A stretch of DNA of 64,000 bases from Oopsacas minuta (Eukaryota; Animalia; Porifera). The notes beneath the pieces were generated by a model. That model saw nothing but the letters and a program-made list of their open reading frames with translations, had not been told where the DNA came from and searched no databases. Shown piece by piece: positions 56,640 through 64,000 of the stretch. The position numbers and the translations under genes were made by a program. Within the stretch, counting starts at the first letter, position 1. Each line of letters starts with the position of its first letter. The DNA is taken from positions 496,001 through 560,000 of the forward strand of contig JAKMXF010000222.1 in NCBI GenBank assembly GCA_024704765.1, given 5' to 3'.

Positions 56640-56882
56640 CCACTGGCCTCCATGCATAATTGAGACAGGAAGTGTTTCTTGTATTCCTGTAGCTTGTTTG
56701 ACATATTTACAGAGAGTTTCCTTGTAGGTATCGATAATAACTGTGTGTATGCGATGACATATACAGTCAAGCCTGGGAGAATCCTGCAATCCGGAGACTA
56801 TGTTGGAGCCTTTGTCTGTAACAACAAGTGTAGAAAAGGTTATCAGGTCTGTGTTTGCGAGCTGCGCAGCGAGAGCAAGCAA
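56640..56882 (-). pseudogene. hAT transposase remnant
   Basis: VVTDKGSNIV (second catalytic Asp context) and CICHRIHTVI (CxxH); truncated where a CAGTGGCG-type repeat begins near 56645. Confidence 0.7.
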
Positions 56883-57868
56883 AGCGGACTAACATTCAAT
56901 AAATAACAATTGTAGTGTCACAAATTGTGAATTTTAGTTATTTGTTTTAGAAGACAGTACAACCTAGATTATCAGAACTCGTTGGGACTGACAACCCCAG
57001 AAAATAATTCAGGGGAATAATCAAATGTCCAGCGAAATATATCACTGAGTCAACACTCAGTAGGTATGATTGACAATTTTAGTATATATTCTATCAATAA
57101 TTTAAAATTAGTTTGATGGATAAAAGTACAACAAAATAGCCATGCAGTATCACGATCTGGCCGATGGTATCATTTAGAAAACCTAGACGATCGTGGTCTA
57201 GAAGAATCCTGATCAAGGGAAACTTCTTTTTCGAAGGGGCAATCAATGACAAATTTTTGAGGGCCCTCCTGGCCAATGGCCGGTGGGCCAGTCCCAAACC
57301 TTATTAGGACAGACCAAACACCCACCCTACATACAATATATCATGGTAGCAGCGTTACCAGATCAAGAACAAATTTCTTTGATTTTGCTTTGGCAAGAAC
57401 TTTGACTTATGGCATGACCATCGATTGAATCATCGAGGGAATAGACAAACTCAATATATGTGATGGAAATATAAACTATCTTAATTAAGATTGTCAAAAT
57501 TTCTCGATCAAACTGCTGTGTGTGACGAAATCACGAGTAGTCGAGAGTAAGTTTCGCGAACAAAGAAACGAGACACAAATATTATCCGCGAGTAGTTTAA
57601 ACCGCGAATTTCCAGGGCTGTCTGTAATTAAATATTCGGTCGAACCAATATATTTGCCTAATAGTTGAGTGTTTGATTGGCTAATGAATATCAATATTTG
57701 GTATTATGTTGGTCAACCAACAAGTGTGAAGTTGGCAGCAAATTCCAGAAGTGAAATTTGAACATAACTTATCTAGTAGGGTGGTATTATAACTATTATA
57801 TAGGAATTAGGGTGTTTACAACAATCATCAACTTCCCTATCGAGGGGCTTGAAATTAATCATCGCCCC

Positions 57869-58264
57869 CATACCTGCCAACCTTGGTCACATCAATCCCT
57901 TGACAGAGGCCAAATTTCCCCTGGACTTTAGGCAAAATCCCAGGACGCCAGAAATTTATTTCTCGGCACAACGCATGCTCGTTGAGGGATTCAATTCCTA
58001 ACTTCATATACCTATCTATTCCCTGACACTTGATAGTATGTATGTGAATTCTAATCTATTTTCTCGCAATGTCATAATACTATGAAATCGCTTGTCCAGT
58101 GAGTGAGGTACACGGACGCATACAATTTATGGTATTCCACGAAATGGGAAGTAGAACTGATCATATAATGATAAATTTTCTTTATGATCCTGCCAGACAA
58201 TATCCTTGCTCCAAGCAAAATCACTGGGCATTTCGGTCCAATCCCTGGACGGTTGGCAGATATG
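57869..58264. mobile_element. MITE with CATACCTGCCAACC-type TIRs
   Basis: CATACCTGCCAACC vs reverse-complemented right end CATATCTGCCAACC (13/14); flanked by direct repeat CGCCCC. A related end occurs near 8000-8030. Confidence 0.6.
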
Positions 58265-58326
58265 CGCCCCGGTAAAATATATTCTACACTATCTATATTA
58301 CAGGTATCAATATTACAAACATAATG

Positions 58327-59262
58327 TTATACTTTTTTGCTGCAGGATTCTTTCGTTTTCAACCACATAAAATGCATCTTCTTCATGGTCTTGGGGTTAA
58401 GACCATGTTTTAACCAACTAATACATGCGTAACTTTTATTCCATTCGAGTATTTTTACTCTCTCATCGTGAAGATATTCTATATTAAGTGGAGCGACCCA
58501 AGATCCTAGAGCAGTATCATCATTATTGTAATGCATTAATCTCTCTGAATTAATTGTTAAGTATCTCACGACATCTTGGGTTATGATATATCCCGCTCCT
58601 GCTGGGTAAGGAAGATAATTTGGACACAAGAAATAACCAAATTCAGCCCACTTTCCAGTGGCTAGTATATGAGTATCTGAGTGAATATAACTCATTAGAA
58701 GTTTATTTGTTGGAATGTTCACATTTGTGAGAGCTTTAAGCAAGTTCTCAATGAAAACGTAACAATCATCATCAGTTTTGATATAATATGCTGCATCTAT
58801 ATGCTCTCCTGCCCATACAAATCCTTTGAGTACTTTCCTAGATAGCTTAGTAAACTTCTCCTCTATACCAGATAATATCAAGATATCTCCATACTTAGCT
58901 GTTTCCTCCTGAACAGCAGTCATGTTTGCTTCTGTTACTCCAATGTCACCAATTATAAACGAGTATTTAACATAATGGTATTGACTGGCTGTATACCCCC
59001 ATGTGTTTCGTATTTCTTGTCTTCGAAGCCAATTATGTGGAGCACTGAGTATTTGAATATATAAAAGGTATGGCACTTTTCTATTTGAAAATGGTTTAGA
59101 AACTTTTCTATTTGAAATTTTTTTACTTAATTTATAGCAATCTAAATCTTTGTTAAAAACATCAATACTAGATTGATTGACATAATACAATGACATGTAC
59201 AATGTTTCAATTGTTATTAGAATTATTAATAAATATATACATTTTTCTAAATTAACAATCAT
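58327..59262 (-). CDS. Beta-1,3-galactosyltransferase (GT31), B3GALT6-like, intronless
   Basis: Type II N-terminal TM; ILSAP.N..RR..IR.TW; LSRKVL; YIKTDDD (DxD); YPAGAGY; DDTALGSWVAPL...HD.R, which resembles the EDVSLGAWLAP motif of B3GALT6. Orthology not established. Confidence 0.9.
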   Translation of the reverse strand: MIVNLEKCIYLLIILITIETLYMSLYYVNQSSIDVFNKDLDCYKLSKKISNRKVSKPFSNRKVPYLLYIQILSAPHNWLRRQEIRNTWGYTASQYHYVKYSFIIGDIGVTEANMTAVQEETAKYGDILILSGIEEKFTKLSRKVLKGFVWAGEHIDAAYYIKTDDDCYVFIENLLKALTNVNIPTNKLLMSYIHSDTHILATGKWAEFGYFLCPNYLPYPAGAGYIITQDVVRYLTINSERLMHYNNDDTALGSWVAPLNIEYLHDERVKILEWNKSYACISWLKHGLNPKTMKKMHFMWLKTKESCSKKV

Positions 59263-59953
59263 TTACTCACTATACTAGAGTTTTGTAATAATGATTCTAT
59301 AAGATACTCCATGTTAAATCGAATATGTGCACTGATACAACTATGGAATTACACAAATATGAGTTTATGCCTATACAACAATGATGTATATTTGGAATAT
59401 GATATTACTCAAGACCAAGATTGTAACCGATCAAACTGAATATTAGTATTCATGAATAGCAACCTAACCAAATACTGAACTATTCAGTTGCAACCTTGCT
59501 CAAGACTCTAAATTGACTATTTGATGAAAAATATAATGATTCGCTATTTGCTGTTGTTTGGTGTGGGGCGCTACAATTCCTCGACAAAGGTATGAAAAAC
59601 TCAAGTATAGGAATGCTAGTGTGTTAGAAAGATTTTATCGAATTAGTGAAAGAACTAGCGTTAATTCATTGTGTTTTTGCATTTTACCGACTAAATACAT
59701 CTCGAATTATTTTATACGCAGATACTGGTTTTAGGAACACCCTTGGGAGTAGCAATGTATGTTTAAATACAGGAATATATGAGAACCGGTTCCAGAGGAT
59801 GGTGCTTCTATCCAGCATCCCCTATAATCCCAATAATAACTATACGATTAATATGGAAGGTTAAATGGTAGGTCTCTTCCCGAGTACAACGGGGAGGAGT
59901 CTGAATATTGTCGTATTACTCATATACGAGGGGCACTCGAAAAGTTTTGTCGT

Positions 59954-61975
59954 TTATATACTTATATAATAGGTATTACATATTATATGGTCACATTTTT
60001 CAAAATACTCGCCCTGACACTCTATACACCTTTTCATGCGTTTAAACCAGGTATCAAAGCACATTTTCCATTCTTCTTTGGGTATCTCCTCAATTGCTAA
60101 GAAAAGTGCCCCAGTCAACTCTTCATTGCTGAAAGATCTCCTCCCACGAAGTTGATCTTTCAGCTTTGGGAATAACCAAAAATCGCAAGGGGCTAAATCT
60201 GGACTGTAGGGTGGGTGGGGTAGCGTTCCGATCCTATAATTCTCTAAAAACTCACGAGTTCTTAGTGCAGTATGTGATGAAGCATTATCGTGGTGAAGCA
60301 GGATTCCTCGGACACCTGACTTCTCACGTTGTTTTTCGATAGCACTGAATACTTTCGGAAGACATATTGTGGTATACCAATCAGCGGTGACTGTCTTCCT
60401 ATCCTCAAGTGCAATTCCTTCAACAAATCCACTACGTCTAAAGAAAATCGCCCACATCTGCTTTCCGACTGATCTAATTCTCCGGACCTTTGTTGGAGGT
60501 AAATCACCTTCTTCGACCCAGTCCTTAGATTGTCTCTTCGTTTCTGGATCATAGTGGTATATCCATGTCTCATCGCCTGTGAGTATTTCAGAAACAGCTC
60601 TAAAAGTTCCATTAGTAAATCTTTTAAGCATAATTTTGCAAAGGTCCACTCGGCACTTTTTCTGATCGGACGACAAAGAATGCGGGATCCAACGTGCACA
60701 TAACTTTCTAAGACCGAGCTCTTTATGTAAGATGACGTTTATACTTCCCGATGACAATTTGGTTTCATGTTCTAACTGAGCGTAAGTAACATGAGGGTCT
60801 TTTGTTACTTCGTCCAACACCAGCTCTACATTTTCGACCGTGTGTGTAATACTGGGCCTACCAGGACGGGGACCATCTTCAAGAATAAAATTTCCATGAA
60901 TAAACTCTGAGTACCATCGCTCTACTGTTCTCAAACAAGGAGCTATACAGTCAAGGGACAAAAGTATTCGAACACACAAATATATTGTCATAAATTGTGT
61001 ACTCTTTCCCGCTTCTATATATTGTGTAGTCTATATTCGTAGCTGCAATCTAGTAATTTGTATAGAATAATATATGTTTTACAAGAATTTCAAAAAAATA
61101 TTTTCGATTTACACTTTTTGAAGGTGTTAATTATTAATAATTATTAGATAATTATTGATAATCAAAATATGTGGTAATTCAAAGCCTATTAAGAATCTAT
61201 AATTTCTGACTTGATATTTGAATTCTACGTAGGCGAGTTACCCCAGATTGAAATTTCCAATCGGATTGAACAATTTTACCAAAGTTATAGAAGAATTTCA
61301 ATTTGTCCCACTTGTACCACTTTTTTCACAAAGTGGCATAGGTGGCAGGAAAAGCGCCACTACAAGGAAATCAACTAGGGTTAGGAGGAATAAGTCGAAG
61401 TAATATTTTCGAATGATATGACTATGCTAACCCTTGAATTCCAAAATAACCTCTTGGTAGCGGCCACTTGTGCCACCTTGAGCAAAAGGTGGCACAAATG
61501 GCACAAATTGAAATTCTTCTATAACTTTGATAAAAATTGTTCAATCCGATTGGAAATTTCAATCTTGGGTAACTCGCCTACGTAGAATTCAAATATCAAG
61601 TCAGAAATTATAGATTCTTAATAGGCTTTGAATTACCACATATTTTGATTATCAATAATTTTCTAATAATTAGCACCTTCAAAAAGTGTAAATCGAAAAT
61701 AATTTTTTGAAATTCTTGAAAAATATGTGTTATTCTATACAAATTACTAGATTGCAGCTACGAATATAGACTACACAATATATAGGAGCGAGGAAGAGTA
61801 TACAATTTATGACAATATATTTGTGTAGTCGAATACTTTTGTCCCCTGACTGTATTTGGGAAGGCTTCTACAAAGTCTCGTGTATTTCCAAACGGCTCTT
61901 CTCAAGTTTGAACAAAATTAAAATCATCGCTCTACAATCGCGTTTTGTGAGGTCAGATTCTGGTTGAGGAATCAT
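59954..61975 (-). pseudogene. Mariner transposase interrupted by a 905-bp insertion and a nearby frameshift
   Basis: WIPHSL, TGDETW, HHDNA, YSPDLAPCDF motifs. True N-terminus MIPQPESDLTKRDCRAMILILFKLEKSRLEIHETL lies at 61975-61870; it joins VEAFPNIAPCLRTVERW after removing 60948-61852 plus one TA and allowing a 1-nt indel. Confidence 0.9.
60948..61852. mobile_element. Tc1-like foldback element (about 385-bp inverted arms, 134-bp spacer)
   Basis: TA|CAGTCAAGGGACAAAAGTATTCG ... CGAATACTTTTGTCCCCTGACTG|TA; arms 60948-61337 and 61472-61852 are highly similar inverted copies; no ORF. Confidence 0.92.
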
Positions 61976-62500
61976 ACAAGCCATAGCTTTTAGAAATCAA
62001 GCAATTCGAAAAGTACAAGAGATAAACTAATGATATTTGTTGTGTAGGTAAATAATATGCGTCTAAATAAATATAAAATAATTTTATTAGAAAATACTTG
62101 TGGTTTAATAACAAACGACAAAACTTTTCGAGTGCCCTTCGCACATTGTGTCATACTGTTAAAATCTTATTTTGCACCCAAATTTGCCTACCGGGCGTGA
62201 TGGACCTAGTGATGATGTTAAGAAAGCAGCTGAGACAGGGGATAATTCTCGAAAGGTAAGATATTGAGTAGTGGTTCCCAACCTTTTTCACAGTCACCCC
62301 CTGTTGTTGTTCATTGGTGATGGGACTTCAGGTTGGGAACCCCTGATATAGCCTAAATTTTTATAGATGGAATTGGTAATTGTGGGGAGCACTTATTACA
62401 CGGATTTTTTGGGGGCAATATTTCAAAAAAATAATTTTCACTATTTTTTATTCTTAATCGCCAATTTACATAACTTCATTCTCTCCATAGCAACAAATAG

Positions 62501-62751
62501 TTGAAGAACAATTCTACCAAAACGTGAACTTAGATGTACCACCTCCTCCAATCTCAGATAAGAAGATACCAGTAAAGAAGATAAGCGACAAATGACTGCA
62601 CCCAGACTTAAAACAGAGAGAGCAGCTCATGTAGTTCTACCAAAACCAGAACGTACTGAAAGTACGCTCATTAAAACTCAAAGTACCCCAATGCCACAGC
62701 CTATACCGAAACGGAAACTTACTGCAGAGCCTCAAGTTGTAACTACAACGG
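62501..62751 (+). other. Candidate isolated exon encoding a Pro-rich, Tyr-motif peptide, with a 1-nt frame break
   Basis: aatag|TT GAA GAA CAA TTC TAC CAA AAC GTG (EEQFYQNVNLDVPPPPISD) ... ACA ACG G|gtaatt; 251 nt, one base short of a symmetric phase-1 exon. Confidence 0.3.
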
Positions 62752-64000
62752 GTAATTAGTATATTATATGTGGTAGCATAAATTAAGAATTTACTATTGA
62801 TAAAATTTTCCGATTCCTTGGTGATAGTATCATGGCAGTAGTATTATGCTAGGTTTTACATAGAACTTTCTTATCCAAACACCAGAGTCAGTAAGTTCTA
62901 CAGCTATTGCTTGTCTTTGTGGATTAAAACTAGTGACTGTTGTTCAAGCGCTGATTCAAAAGCTTATTCAGTGTTGTCTAAAAATAAGCCAACATCCTAC
63001 CTATAGCTAATATATTTGATAACATCCTGGCGACAAAATTCGAAAAAAATTTCGTTGAAATTCACCCATTTTGCAATTTAGAAAGAAAAGTTTATAGCAA
63101 TGTTTCGATTTTTGGCCTTAAAAATCCTAGTTGGGTGCAAAAATTTGATGAATTAAATTCAAATTATATACAGACAGTATTCAAGTTTCCAAAACTTGGA
63201 AAATACCAGCGGACGCCAGTATTGTACCCAGTTTGTGAAATTCATTTATCAATGAGCCCAATTTCAGTGACAAATATTAACAATAAATTACTAATAAAAT
63301 GTGTGATTTATGATGTAAATAAGGCGCTGAAATTTCGGGAAATGGTTAAAAAGTGGTAAAATTTAGTGTTCCTTTTTGTTATGAATGAAACATTTCGGCG
63401 TAATCGGTTATGCCTCCAATGTTCGCGAATTGAACCTATTTAGGATAAAAATCCAAGGAATCATTGAGACTATGCTTAATCAAACGGCTATCCTTCAACT
63501 AGTTTTACCGCTATTATGCAATGACGTTAGTAATTATACAACCTGAGAATTTCTCCCCTTTCTATCCAATTGATTCTAGGATGTTTCAATTTGTTCATTT
63601 ACTTCATAATCAGATAAATCCAAGTTCTACGATAACTTATTGGAAGAAAGATTATACAATTTATACCTTGGACATTAAAATATTATTAATTTTTCAGTAT
63701 CTATTTATGAATTAATCGAAAACCCCATGAAAATGGGGTCAGGAATTGATAATATATCAAATCTGCTGAATATTTAGGCATTAGAGATGAATAAAGGACA
63801 CTATTCCAAGGAAATACGAAAATCACAAATTGCAAACATTTTGATGATGGAATTTTTCAATTATGATTTCATGATTTGAATTGGGCCTATAGGAGATGAA
63901 GAATGGTCGTATATACTATTTAGTAGTCTTTATTGATTTCTTATATTTTTTGCCATAAGAGGGTTCTATTCGCAAACATTGAAGGCTTAATTTATACTAA

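Larger units (their letters stand above)
59927..62141 (-). mobile_element. Mariner (DD34D) element, about 1.31 kb once the nested insert is removed
   Basis: 29-bp TIRs CGAGGGGCACTCGAAAAGTTTTGTCGTTT / CGAAGGGCAC... (28/29); TA on the left, CA on the right. Confidence 0.93.

Noticed and set aside
60946-60991. MTIYLCVRILLSLDC as the natural mariner N-terminus
   Set aside because: These codons come from the left arm of the inserted foldback; the real start is at 61975.
1-64000. tRNA, rRNA, snRNA genes or prokaryotic defence systems
   Set aside because: No cloverleaf, rRNA-like or snRNA-like sequence recognised by eye; tRNAscan-SE/Infernal would be needed to exclude them formally.

Overview
AT-rich eukaryotic (animal-like) genomic DNA with GT-AG spliceosomal introns; nothing prokaryotic (no operons, rRNA, tRNA or CRISPR seen). 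Gene content and style suggest a sponge or other early-branching animal, but that is inference only. About 50 kb of the window (819-50583, +) is one giant gene that the ORF track shows only as dozens of fragments. By hand it splices into 45 GT-AG exons in one open frame (13,210 nt, about 4,400 aa; 5' end outside the window). It encodes an adhesion-type GPCR: 5x[vWA-vWA-Ig], 5x FN3, Ig, GAIN/GPS, secretin-class 7TM and a tyrosine-motif-rich tail ending in a PDZ-type motif. Notable points: vWA modules alternate between MIDAS-degenerate and MIDAS-retaining types, the GPS lacks all four canonical cysteines, every exon class has matched phases, and a 9.9-kb intron holds two intronless nested ORFs plus a full-length hAT transposon. 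Downstream are a 3-exon coiled-coil/Tudor/RRM-like gene, an intronless B3GALT6-like glycosyltransferase, a hAT remnant and a mariner split by a 905-bp Tc1-like foldback element. Introns carry many MITEs, Helitron-like microsatellite elements and a 13-bp minisatellite. All splice models and alignments were done by eye; no database searches were run.
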